Source of the DNA: a virus
Lineage: Duplodnaviria > Caudoviricetes
Strand: one strand, 5' to 3'
Virus record (IMG/VR): IMGVR_UViG_3300028833_000118
Location: 25,388-89,387 of that record
DNA length: 64,000 nucleotides
A program made the translations under genes and the position numbers. The notes beneath the pieces are model-generated. The model had not been told where the DNA came from. It ran no database searches and was given only the letters and a program-made list of their open reading frames with translations. Positions within the stretch are counted from its first letter, which is position 1. Each line of letters starts with the position of its first letter. Below, in pieces: positions 55,878 through 64,000 of the stretch.

Positions 55878-56009
55878 TCCTCCACCCAATGATCTATGTG
55901 TTTCCCCTCGAAACAACTCAGGCATAACCACCCATTCGGAGATCCATCATCCCGGTACATATTCGATTGCTCATCCCGGTCTCCACAGATGCCACACCTT
56001 CGATAATAC

Positions 56010-56225
56010 TTACGCTTCATCTTCTTCATCCGGTTCATTTACCTGACCATAATACTTTTTGCACCGAGCCATGATTACACATACAGCCATAGCAACGCCC
56101 GCCATAAACCCGGCTCTTCCACTGTCTTGAGTAGACGCAACAGCTTTTTCATAATCCTCAGATCCGATATACTCTAAGATGGTATTCCCCATATCATAGG
56201 TATTTATAAATTGATCTTTAATCAT
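56010..56225 (-). CDS. Hypothetical protein
   Basis: Tiles. Confidence 0.65.
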   Translation of the reverse strand: MIKDQFINTYDMGNTILEYIGSEDYEKAVASTQDSGRAGFMAGVAMAVCVIMARCKKYYGQVNEPDEEDEA

Positions 56226-56259
56226 TTTTTCTCATCCTCCTACGCCAAAGGACACCACT

Positions 56260-56505
56260 TCAGCCTTCTCTGCTGACGATACCTCCAAAAATCCGCTCCC
56301 CATCAGCCGGTATTACCGTAGGCTCATCTTCAATTTCCGACCTCCATACGCACCAATACGGATCATCGCATTTTGCATAGAGCTTATCCCCATCTACCAA
56401 TCGTCCATGATCCGGTACAGCAACGTAAATAAACTCCAACCCGGCACTTTTGCATATTTGATTAAACTTGTCCTCAGAAAGATTTGGAATATAGATCCCT
56501 GCCAT
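56260..56505 (-). CDS. Hypothetical protein (HGRLID family)
   Basis: MAGIYIP...VPDHGRLVDGD. Confidence 0.7.
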   Translation of the reverse strand: MAGIYIPNLSEDKFNQICKSAGLEFIYVAVPDHGRLVDGDKLYAKCDDPYWCVWRSEIEDEPTVIPADGERIFGGIVSREG

Positions 56506-56762
56506 TAAAACATCACCTCGAATTCATCTACTTCTTCAACCGATGTGAATTTCTGTTCCATGTAGGCATACAGTCCATCTTCTGTCTTTTCCATGGCCTC
56601 CTGCTCATCTTCGGCCTCCACATAGGCAAACCCCGAAAACTCCACCCGGTATTTCATACAAACCCCTCATCCCGGAGCCATTCTGTGAGCTCATCATATT
56701 CCTCCTCTGAAAGTTTCATAAACGCCTCATTAAACAACTCCATGAATTCTTCCTTGTAATCC

Positions 56763-56957
56763 TCAAGCATCTTCATCCTCCATATCTATCTCCCCATATC
56801 CAACAGGGGAAACGGTCTCTGCCCACACAGAAACGCCACACACAGGGCATGTTATGAAACTTCCACACACCTCGGATTTTTTGTACTCGATCCTCGACTT
56901 GCACTCAGGGCACACAGCCTGATAAAACGGAATGGGTTTCTGTTCAACTACGATCAT
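56763..56957 (-). CDS. Zn-ribbon protein
   Basis: CPECKS...CPVCG. Confidence 0.7.
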   Translation of the reverse strand: MIVVEQKPIPFYQAVCPECKSRIEYKKSEVCGSFITCPVCGVSVWAETVSPVGYGEIDMEDEDA

Positions 56958-57225
56958 TCTTTTCCCTCCACTCCTTCTGCTCTTTTTTCACCTGTTCATA
57001 CCGTCTGGCCTCTTCCTCATCATCCTTGAAAATTCGACCGTCAAGCAGACAAACGCGGGCTTTCTGGGACATTTCCACCAATTCATCGACCAACTCCTGC
57101 AAACTCTTCACGGTATTGCATCCATCATAATCACAACCGATCATCCAGATAAGCGATAACCATTCATCACAACGATCCGGCTCACTTACAACACATCCGC
57201 TCTTATCATCTACCCAATACTTCAC
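56944..57225 (-). CDS. Hypothetical protein
   Basis: Tiles. Confidence 0.7.
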   Translation of the reverse strand: MKYWVDDKSGCVVSEPDRCDEWLSLIWMIGCDYDGCNTVKSLQELVDELVEMSQKARVCLLDGRIFKDDEEEARRYEQVKKEQKEWREKNDRS

Positions 57226-57470
57226 AACAGAATCGGCCCTCCATTCAAGAACCTCGCACTAAACACAAGATCCGGCGAAACGGCATTTTCAATATCGAAC
57301 TCCGTCAAAATATATCTCTCTTTGATTGACGGGAACGTAGTGTTCCGAAATTCCATTGAAACTCCGCCGCCATCTAACTCTCTCCATTCGAATTTGACAG
57401 ACATATACGGATGCTCTTTCAAATACCGATAGAGGTTTTCGGCAAAAGAATCACTCTTTATTGTTTCCAT
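57222..57470 (-). CDS. Hypothetical protein
   Basis: Tiles. Confidence 0.65.
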   Translation of the reverse strand: METIKSDSFAENLYRYLKEHPYMSVKFEWRELDGGGVSMEFRNTTFPSIKERYILTEFDIENAVSPDLVFSARFLNGGPILL

Positions 57471-57639
57471 TTATTTCACAGGCGCATCCGGCCCCTCTGC
57501 CCAAGACGAAATCCAATCAATTACACTTTTCATGCTCATTCTCCCTTCCAGATTGACCAAACGATCCACGCAACGGCATACAACCACATAACTGGCACCG
57601 CAAGCAACATCGCCGCGAATGTCCATATGATACTATTAA

Positions 57640-57942
57640 TCAAAAACACTTTTTTGCCTCCAGACGTTCTAATTCTTTCCGATACTCATCAATCTTCTCC
57701 CTATGATATCTAATATTCGATGCAACGTTGTCTTTCTGAATGTTCAACAGCTCGGGATCATCGAAAAACCATCGGTCGAACTTCTCTTCCTGCTCCAACT
57801 CTTCTTCGTGATAACGAATCCTTGCCTTTGCCCTCTCTATAGGGTCATCCGAACAACACCCGCAATGACAACAGATCTCCCCGAAACTCCACTGCAACGC
57901 ATAACAATTTTCCTTTGCAGATTCATCAACTAAAGTCACCAT
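57640..57942 (-). CDS. Hypothetical protein
   Basis: CYALQWSFGEICCHCGCC. Confidence 0.7.
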   Translation of the reverse strand: MVTLVDESAKENCYALQWSFGEICCHCGCCSDDPIERAKARIRYHEEELEQEEKFDRWFFDDPELLNIQKDNVASNIRYHREKIDEYRKELERLEAKKCF

Positions 57943-58427
57943 TACTCACCCTCCGGCACATAAATCGTCCAATACGATCCTCCCGCCAAAGTAAACTTGG
58001 CGAAAGATGCCGCAAACGATTTGAATCCCACACACTCGCTTTTTTCGATCTTAGGTTCACCATCAACGATATAACAATCTTCCTTTTTTAACATACACTC
58101 ATGCTTACCTTTATCATCTTTAACCATCACAACATAATAATCGGTTTCTTTTTCCTCATCCCGCATCTCTCTATAATATCCGTCGCCGTTTTTCACGATC
58201 TGCCGCGACTCTACAACCGCATATACGCAATTCTCTTCTTTAACACCCGCACATCCGACACTAAATGCGATCACCGCTAAAATAAGATCCAACAAAAGAA
58301 TGCAACATCCGAAGCCGAAATCATCTTCTTCGAGCCATTCAATCACGAACAACCCGAATCCAAATCCAATAATTAAGAACACAAGACCCATATATTCACC
58401 AATCCTCTCCACCCATGTTCCGAACAT
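57942..58427 (-). CDS. Membrane hypothetical protein
   Basis: Two N-terminal hydrophobic segments. Confidence 0.65.
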   Translation of the reverse strand: MFGTWVERIGEYMGLVFLIIGFGFGLFVIEWLEEDDFGFGCCILLLDLILAVIAFSVGCAGVKEENCVYAVVESRQIVKNGDGYYREMRDEEKETDYYVVMVKDDKGKHECMLKKEDCYIVDGEPKIEKSECVGFKSFAASFAKFTLAGGSYWTIYVPEGE

Positions 58428-58609
58428 GGATATTCATCGCAACCGCAATCGCCAACCCCGCAAACGCCACCATATAAATTGCGAAATCACCCATCAATCT
58501 CTTCCCCACACATCATCATCCCTGCCTCCAACCGCACACGCCGCATACACAATCAACACCAAACAAATAACAAATACTATTCCGGCTAATAGCATATTAT
58601 TTCCCCCCC

Positions 58610-58966
58610 TTACTGCGCGGCCTCTTTCGCCGCCTTGATTTCCTCGACTACTTTAAATGGATCAATTACTTCCCCATTCTTTTGCGGGATCTTTGCCCAC
58701 CGCTCATATTCCTTCTCCTGTATCTCTTCATCCAGATTCTTGCCATTGAGATGAGCCGCATCCACATCCTTCGCCCCCGCAATCCACACACCAGACAGAA
58801 CGGCAAAAAGAATCACGAATCCACCGGCAATGCAGAACGGAATTTGCCGGTAATTATACATATTATTTGCCAACACAACTCCATGAATCACGAGCTGAGT
58901 AACCTGACCACACACATAAGCCATGACAATTCCAATCGTTTTCTTATTCATTCTTTCATCCTCCAA
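58610..58966 (-). CDS. Membrane hypothetical protein
   Basis: Two hydrophobic segments. Confidence 0.65.
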   Translation of the reverse strand: MEDERMNKKTIGIVMAYVCGQVTQLVIHGVVLANNMYNYRQIPFCIAGGFVILFAVLSGVWIAGAKDVDAAHLNGKNLDEEIQEKEYERWAKIPQKNGEVIDPFKVVEEIKAAKEAAQ

Positions 58967-59146
58967 TTAATAATGTCTTTTTCCACTCCACTCAGGATGG
59001 CAACTCCCATCCGTCGGCGAACAATCCGCATCCAACCATTTGCAAAACCCACACGCTCTGTAAACCTCAATCATCAACTTCAACTGATCTTCCACTTCTT
59101 TCAACCGCTCTCTCAATTTTTGAATCTCAAGATCTTTCTCGGTCAT
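58967..59146 (-). CDS. Hypothetical protein
   Basis: ATGA overlap, MTEKDLEIQ. Confidence 0.6.
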   Translation of the reverse strand: MTEKDLEIQKLRERLKEVEDQLKLMIEVYRACGFCKWLDADCSPTDGSCHPEWSGKRHY

Positions 59147-59463
59147 TCGAGCACCATCTTCCTTATCTCTGGAATTCTTACATACGGCTGCGCGATCAAA
59201 TCGCACGCGATTTCCCACTCATCTTTTTGCCCTTTTCTCGCATATCTTGATTTTTTCAGAAACCGGATATCACTCTCTGGTATCTCCGGCATCTTCGGGA
59301 TCTTATCTTCCCCATACAATAATTCTATCGGGTTCCTCACTCCTTCTTCCCATCTCGCCAATCCGAGGCTATATGGAACAGAATTTGCCGTACACCACGA
59401 CTGCAACGAATATGCCTTTCCATCGAACTCTACTCTTGTCCTCTTCACATGCTTCCACGACAT
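59143..59463 (-). CDS. Putative DNA-binding protein
   Basis: VEFDGKAYSLQSWC...VPYSLGLARWEEG resembles small HTH modules seen at the C-termini of phage HNH endonucleases. Confidence 0.6.
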   Translation of the reverse strand: MSWKHVKRTRVEFDGKAYSLQSWCTANSVPYSLGLARWEEGVRNPIELLYGEDKIPKMPEIPESDIRFLKKSRYARKGQKDEWEIACDLIAQPYVRIPEIRKMVLE

Positions 59464-59475
59464 TCAAACCATCCT

Positions 59476-59557
59476 CACTTTATTTGAATAAACACCATGA
59501 CACAAAAATGTTTATTCAAACTACACATAGTATACTCTGAATAAACCATCATGTCAA
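59476..59557 (-). promoter_or_regulatory. Sigma-A promoter overlaid with operator A sites
   Basis: TTGACA-17-TATACT; full site 59476-59493 plus GTTTATTCA half-sites at 59510 and 59538. Confidence 0.7.
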
Positions 59558-59572
59558 CAAATTTAATGACAT

Positions 59573-60190
59573 TCACAACACAATCTCAATCGTCAACTTT
59601 GCTCCAGATCCTTTAAGCGAACGAAGCAAAACCGCGATGTTGTTCAGATCCATACCATCTGCATCCACCTTTTCCACCTTCGGCATTTCTTCTGCCACCT
59701 CATTTTCCACCTCTTCGGGAGGCTCATACTCCACAATCTCATCTTTTTCCTCAGACTCACCACGCGCCCACTTCACAAAACGGTAACCATCCTCCGACCT
59801 CAGAAACACTTTTCCGGTCAGACAATGTTTTCCTCCAGGCTGATGTACCGACATTTTCCGGTTCGACAGATACACGCTAAAAGCGCTCCGAGTCGTTTTC
59901 ATCGCCTCGGCAATCAGCGTATTCGGAATCCCCGGAAACCGCCGTGCGATCCCATCTAAGTATTCCTGCTGGATCTCCAGAGGCATCCCACGAAATTCTC
60001 CCCAATTCATAACCTTCGACAGATTGTAGCTTTTCACTTCGCCATTCAACTCCCTCTTTTCTTTTCTGCTCAAATAATCCGACGGCATCTTTACATTCCG
60101 ACCGCCGGCGCGAACCTTGTTGTAGCTCCCTCTCGCTATGCGCTTTCTCTCAAAACTTGTCTGATTGAAAACGAACTCTGCATCATTCAT
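59573..60190 (-). CDS. Hypothetical protein
   Basis: Long ORF; KMPSDYLSRKEKRELNGEV. Confidence 0.8.
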   Translation of the reverse strand: MNDAEFVFNQTSFERKRIARGSYNKVRAGGRNVKMPSDYLSRKEKRELNGEVKSYNLSKVMNWGEFRGMPLEIQQEYLDGIARRFPGIPNTLIAEAMKTTRSAFSVYLSNRKMSVHQPGGKHCLTGKVFLRSEDGYRFVKWARGESEEKDEIVEYEPPEEVENEVAEEMPKVEKVDADGMDLNNIAVLLRSLKGSGAKLTIEIVL

Positions 60191-60202
60191 ACTGATCTCC
60201 CC

Positions 60203-60523
60203 TCAATCAACATTGAGCCAGACAAGCACCTCTTCCGGACTCCAACCCTCGAACTTATCATAGTTCGGAGCTCCATTAACAAAATCGGGCTCATCCTCCC
60301 GAATCCGGCTTGCCTTAATTCCTTCATGTCCCGCCGGGTAAAGACTGATGGGCTCACGGCGTTTCCGCATACGAATCCCGGCCCCACAAATATTCTCCCG
60401 GTACTCTTTGAGCCGCTCCTTCGCCTCTTTATAGGTATACTCGCTGCACTCTACATCCCATCCATACCCATAATTCGTTTCGATATCCCACCGATCACGG
60501 GTCTTACGGACATAAGCCATCAC
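60203..60523 (-). CDS. Hypothetical protein
   Basis: YVRKTRDRWDIETNYGYGWD. Confidence 0.75.
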   Translation of the reverse strand: MMAYVRKTRDRWDIETNYGYGWDVECSEYTYKEAKERLKEYRENICGAGIRMRKRREPISLYPAGHEGIKASRIREDEPDFVNGAPNYDKFEGWSPEEVLVWLNVD

Positions 60524-60729
60524 CGCACCTCCAATTCAAACACCTTTTCGGGAGACACACAGATCTGAGCCCCTGTCACATCCTCAAACACATAATCCCC
60601 ACGAAACATCCAACCGCTGTACCATACATAACGGCTCATCCACCAACACCAATATCTCAGATCTCTCTGCGGCATATCATTCCTCCACAAATAAACTAAC
60701 TTTACTCTCGTAAACATCCAACCGAACAA
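60520..60729 (-). CDS. Hypothetical protein
   Basis: Tiles. Confidence 0.5.
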   Translation of the reverse strand: MFGWMFTRVKLVYLWRNDMPQRDLRYWCWWMSRYVWYSGWMFRGDYVFEDVTGAQICVSPEKVFELEVR

Positions 60730-60780
60730 AACGCCCCGAACGGAGCATTATCATTTTAACCCATATCCAAACGAATTACA

Positions 60781-60806
60781 ATTGACATTGTACACGAATT
60801 CTAGTA
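60781..60806 (-). promoter_or_regulatory. Motif B variant
   Basis: ATTGAC-ATTGTA-CACG-AATTCT-AGTA. Confidence 0.55.
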
Positions 60807-60816
60807 TCTATTTTCG

Positions 60817-61092
60817 TTAACATCGCACGCTCTTCTTTATGTAGTACGCAGGGTAATGTCCATCCCTATGATTACAATTGTAGAACACGAACATATCTAC
60901 CGCCGAATCAAAATCCACTGGCGCTATCTTAGCATCTTTTCCATCGGTCAAGCAAATACTCACCTCTGGTTTCCAAGGCTCTCCGGGCCGCAAATTACAA
61001 GGGCACAGATATATGATCTCACCATTCTCATACAGCTTCTTCGCCCGCACCTTTTGAACCCGAATAAAATCGCCAATATGATCCCACTTCAC
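60817..61092 (-). CDS. Hypothetical protein
   Basis: Tiles. Confidence 0.7.
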   Translation of the reverse strand: MKWDHIGDFIRVQKVRAKKLYENGEIIYLCPCNLRPGEPWKPEVSICLTDGKDAKIAPVDFDSAVDMFVFYNCNHRDGHYPAYYIKKSVRC

Positions 61093-61346
61093 GCCGCTTT
61101 ACTCACCTCTTTCATTACCAGATCCATAACCTGTCCCACCGTCCAACAATCATATGCTCCGACTCCACCGAAATACTTGAAATTCCTCGTTCCTACTTTC
61201 CGACGGTCAATCGCCACATACGACGCGAACCCTCCACGATACGTCACCCGATACTCATACCCATCATGAACGAACCGGGTATTGTCGATCTTCTTCAATC
61301 GACGCTCCTGAGCCCCAAGCAAGATTACCGCATCCTTATACGTCAT
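61089..61346 (-). CDS. Hypothetical protein
   Basis: Start refined to MTYKDAV overlapping the upstream gene. Confidence 0.65.
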   Translation of the reverse strand: MTYKDAVILLGAQERRLKKIDNTRFVHDGYEYRVTYRGGFASYVAIDRRKVGTRNFKYFGGVGAYDCWTVGQVMDLVMKEVSKAA

Positions 61347-61584
61347 CTTCCCACCCCTCAATCTTAATCTCTGCCCCACTATGACGCACATACGCCATTT
61401 TGGGTATTGCCTTTGCCACTTCCTCGGGAACCTCGAAATATAACCCTCCATCTCCAAAACGGTCATACCCTCTCGATCCCCATATATCCAGAAAACGAAA
61501 CCAATCAAACACACCATTATCGGCATAAACCACAACATCGGCGTTCCCATGAACATTCTTTCTAATGTCAATGCGCCACGCCAT
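61336..61584 (-). CDS. Hypothetical protein
   Basis: Tiles. Confidence 0.6.
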   Translation of the reverse strand: MAWRIDIRKNVHGNADVVVYADNGVFDWFRFLDIWGSRGYDRFGDGGLYFEVPEEVAKAIPKMAYVRHSGAEIKIEGWEDDV

Positions 61585-61883
61585 TACTCACCCCTCCAAT
61601 CAAGCTCCACCCATCCGAACGAATCACAATACCAAACCCCATCATTCATCTCGACCACATCACTCACACTCAGGCTGTGCCCCTTGAAATCCTCGGGCCG
61701 ATCCAGATTGAACATCTCATACAGACCATCCGGCGAAAGCTGATCTTCGCTCTCAAACTCATACACAAGGTCGTACCACTCTTTTTTCGGCTCACCGAGG
61801 TCTTTCTTTACATCATCGTACCAACGAAACGCAACATCCCGAAAATAATCCTCATTCACCTGATAGATGCGATACGTAAACAT
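61584..61883 (-). CDS. YodL-like domain protein
   Basis: YRIYQV...YDLVYE...LYEMFN..RPEDFKGHSLSVSDVV. Confidence 0.85.
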   Translation of the reverse strand: MFTYRIYQVNEDYFRDVAFRWYDDVKKDLGEPKKEWYDLVYEFESEDQLSPDGLYEMFNLDRPEDFKGHSLSVSDVVEMNDGVWYCDSFGWVELDWRGE

Positions 61884-61895
61884 TCAAATCCCTCC

Positions 61896-62117
61896 TCAAA
61901 TCAATCCCATAACCTCATAGATGCTTCTTGCAAGCTTGATGTGATCGAACGAATCAAGAACCTCCATATAATCCTCATCGCCTTCACCGACAAGCTCCGC
62001 CCACTCGCACAGCCCTTCATGGCTGAGCTCATTGAACAACCTCCGGGCAGATCCGGGCTTCATATCACACCGGGCCGCCGGGCTCTGCCCCACCATCTGA
62101 TACCGAACCCTCATCAA
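61896..62117 (-). CDS. Hypothetical protein
   Basis: Tiles. Confidence 0.65.
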   Translation of the reverse strand: MMRVRYQMVGQSPAARCDMKPGSARRLFNELSHEGLCEWAELVGEGDEDYMEVLDSFDHIKLARSIYEVMGLI

Positions 62118-62398
62118 ACGGCCTCCTTCAACACACTCTCATCCACGATGAACCGGTGAATCGCAGAATACGTGTCCGATCCATCTTCCTCCGTCACTTC
62201 ACTGCTGATCCGCACACATCCGATCTCTTCCATGAGCCATTTCAGGCGAAGGTGCTCATGCTTCCAATCGCCCCAATTGATCTCGCACTCCACAACAGGC
62301 ATATCCAGACCATAGGGATAAACACTATACGTAAACTTGTTATCCTCAAGATACTTGTTGATCCGGTCACAGATCTCGAACACCTTTTTATCCGTCAT
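62114..62398 (-). CDS. Hypothetical protein
   Basis: WGDWKHEH...EDGSDTYSAIH. Confidence 0.75.
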   Translation of the reverse strand: MTDKKVFEICDRINKYLEDNKFTYSVYPYGLDMPVVECEINWGDWKHEHLRLKWLMEEIGCVRISSEVTEEDGSDTYSAIHRFIVDESVLKEAV

Positions 62399-62414
62399 CG
62401 TTCATAACCCCCTT

Positions 62415-62615
62415 TCAGGCAACCACACGAAGCTCACCAAAGAACTCACCGAGCTCCGCTTCTCCGAAACGACCGACACAAACGAACTTCACCCACAGGC
62501 GACCGTCCAGACAAGCTGCCTCATACACATCGCGGAGGACACCCCCATCAGCGACGGCATACGTCCGACCGGCTTCGCAGCCACGGCCATCTTTCTTACA
62601 GATCCCGAATCTCAT
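62415..62615 (-). CDS. Hypothetical protein
   Basis: Tiles. Confidence 0.55.
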   Translation of the reverse strand: MRFGICKKDGRGCEAGRTYAVADGGVLRDVYEAACLDGRLWVKFVCVGRFGEAELGEFFGELRVVA

Positions 62616-62688
62616 TAATCATACCCCCAAAAAGAATCTGCCGCCCTCCAGGGCATTATCATTGTACCAAATGCGCCCGAAAATGTAT

Positions 62689-62714
62689 ATTGACATTATA
62701 CACGTAATTTAGTG
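62689..62714 (-). promoter_or_regulatory. Motif B variant with TATAAT -10
   Basis: ATTGAC-ATTATA-CACG-TAATTT-AGTG. Confidence 0.55.
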
Positions 62715-62978
62715 TCTATTGTCGTACAAATCGTTAGCATTTTCAAGGCTTTTCTTCATCCGGCAACGCAAAATTTGAATCGCCTGTACGCTTCTCCCGA
62801 TCTCCAACGCAATCTCCCGATCCGACTTCTCATGCTTCATGACGATATCTATTTCATTCTCTGCCCAAACCTGACCACCATTATCCGCATACGCCGTTCT
62901 CCCATAATACCTCCGTTTCTGGGCTCTTGCCGTCTTTGCCCATTTATCCAGATCCTTATATAAACTCTTCCGAAGCAT
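62709..62978 (-). CDS. Small HTH protein
   Basis: WAENEIDIV...SDREIALEIGRSVQAIQILR. Confidence 0.7.
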   Translation of the reverse strand: MLRKSLYKDLDKWAKTARAQKRRYYGRTAYADNGGQVWAENEIDIVMKHEKSDREIALEIGRSVQAIQILRCRMKKSLENANDLYDNRH

Positions 62979-62997
62979 CGAAACCTGTCCTCCCTCC

Positions 62998-63225
62998 TTA
63001 ATCCACGAATTTTGCAATTACTCTCAAAGACTTTAATGTGATTCCCGAAAATGCATAATGATAACTCAGATACTTGAAAGCCTTGTAATGCTTTTTTAAA
63101 CACCACTTCTCAAGGTTTTCCAAAGACTTTTCCGAATCCTCTACCTCCGCAAAACCAATTGCGGGGCAAGATTCGGGAATCGGCCCATGATCCTCACACA
63201 CGATCCAAAGATTTTCATGATTCAT
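62998..63225 (-). CDS. Hypothetical protein
   Basis: Tiles. Confidence 0.6.
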   Translation of the reverse strand: MNHENLWIVCEDHGPIPESCPAIGFAEVEDSEKSLENLEKWCLKKHYKAFKYLSYHYAFSGITLKSLRVIAKFVD

Positions 63226-63267
63226 AATTTAACCTCCAATTCCCAATCAACAGCCGGATAATCAGAC

Positions 63268-63945
63268 TTACGCCACCCGGCAGCGGGTCAACTCCGTCTG
63301 CTTGATTCCACGAAACTCCTTGAGCTCCTTGATCTTCCCGGTGATGGTCTTTCCGACCACATCATCATCAAACCAACTTCCGGTTTTCCAAGTTGCCTCA
63401 TGCCCCTCTTCATCCTTGAATCGGAACACATAAGTGTAACCCCACTGAGTCTCCCAGCTCGAAATCAAGAAATAATCAGCGATCTTGAAACTCACCTTAT
63501 CTCCAACCTCACCGAGCCAAGAACTCTTTGCTGCCGCCTCAGCCTCTTTCAGGGCCTTTTCTTTTCGCTCCGCATCTCTCTCCAACTCACGATTGAAAGC
63601 CGGAAACGCAGACACCAGAAGCCCCAGAAACTTACTCTCACAGCAATCCAGAGAACAGGCGACTTTCAGGTTGTGAAAGTAATTATCCTCACGATCATTA
63701 TTGACGATCCAATCACGAACCTTCCCGGCAAGCTCCACACTATCCGGGTTCTTCGTATTGAACCCACGGCTCACCGCATCCTCGTAAGTCTCTTCCCACG
63801 CTTTACGGTCTCCCCACACCCGCATATTGTTCTCAATCCGGTAAAGCATCTCGGTCAGATCAGCGGTGCAGAGCCCATTGAAATCACGCTTGACATATCC
63901 GAACAAACGAATCGTCTCAGCGGCGCAGACCATGAAATCCTTCAC
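63268..63945 (-). CDS. Hypothetical protein with a C-terminal OB-fold-like segment (start uncertain)
   Basis: SSWLGEVGDKV...WKT...TITGKIKELKEFRGIKQTELTRC. Confidence 0.7.
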   Translation of the reverse strand: MKDFMVCAAETIRLFGYVKRDFNGLCTADLTEMLYRIENNMRVWGDRKAWEETYEDAVSRGFNTKNPDSVELAGKVRDWIVNNDREDNYFHNLKVACSLDCCESKFLGLLVSAFPAFNRELERDAERKEKALKEAEAAAKSSWLGEVGDKVSFKIADYFLISSWETQWGYTYVFRFKDEEGHEATWKTGSWFDDDVVGKTITGKIKELKEFRGIKQTELTRCRVA

Positions 63946-64000
63946 ATCGAAATAACTTCCACCAAAAGATCCCCACCCAGAGAACTCCGAAGCCTCTTAA

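Noticed and set aside
12450-59491. Long + strand ORFs in the track (e.g. 12450-13199, 23574-24362, 38579-39205, 58682-59491)
   Set aside because: They are antisense shadows of well-supported - strand genes, with Ile/Leu/His/Phe-rich composition expected from the pyrimidine-rich strand and no motifs or RBS.
61089-61571. Single 160-aa ORF as given in the track
   Set aside because: Better explained as two coupled genes (61336-61584 and 61089-61346).
1-64000. CRISPR array, diversity-generating retroelement, or stop-codon recoding
   Set aside because: No regularly spaced repeat-spacer array, no reverse transcriptase and no suppressor tRNA were seen; conserved genes are intact in the standard code.
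63946-64000. Upstream extension of the last ORF with an in-frame TAA at 63997-63999 (possible pseudogene or readthrough)
   Set aside because: It sits at the window edge, so frameshift, true GTG start and sequence error cannot be told apart.

Overview
This window is an internal segment of a large temperate tailed-phage genome. The host is probably a Firmicute (Clostridia-like), judged from sigma-A-type promoters, AGGAGG ribosome-binding sites and a RecT/MBL/DUF1351/ArpU module. Nearly all genes are on the - strand. From right to left it contains: a long tract of small accessory ORFs (with YodL-like, dUTPase and a CCA/poly(A)-type nucleotidyltransferase-like gene); an integrase/excisionase/repressor switch with an apparently intact attP (so probably the free, non-integrated form); recombination and replication genes; ArdC; two tRNA clusters (5 tRNAs) with structured spacers; two orphan DNA methyltransferases, one of which has replaced the middle of an ASCH-like gene; an RlaP plus RLIG1/DUF5565-like RNA-repair pair; an ADP-ribosylglycohydrolase; and the start of the packaging region (ParB, TAGT-like glycosyltransferase, small and large terminase). 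The most striking feature is a set of five otherwise unrelated proteins flanking the terminase genes that share an N-terminal leader (MD-x-A/S-V/I-x-K/R-Y-x-x-RR-x-x-R-L ... R-[MLF]-D) but carry different payloads: an ExE-type ADP-ribosyltransferase, a GNAT-like domain, a possible second ART-like fold, a repeat protein and an unknown domain. This looks like a modular capsid-loading and injection signal system. All family assignments come from motif recognition by eye, not database searches. Some starts were refined from the ORF track using RBS and overlap evidence.
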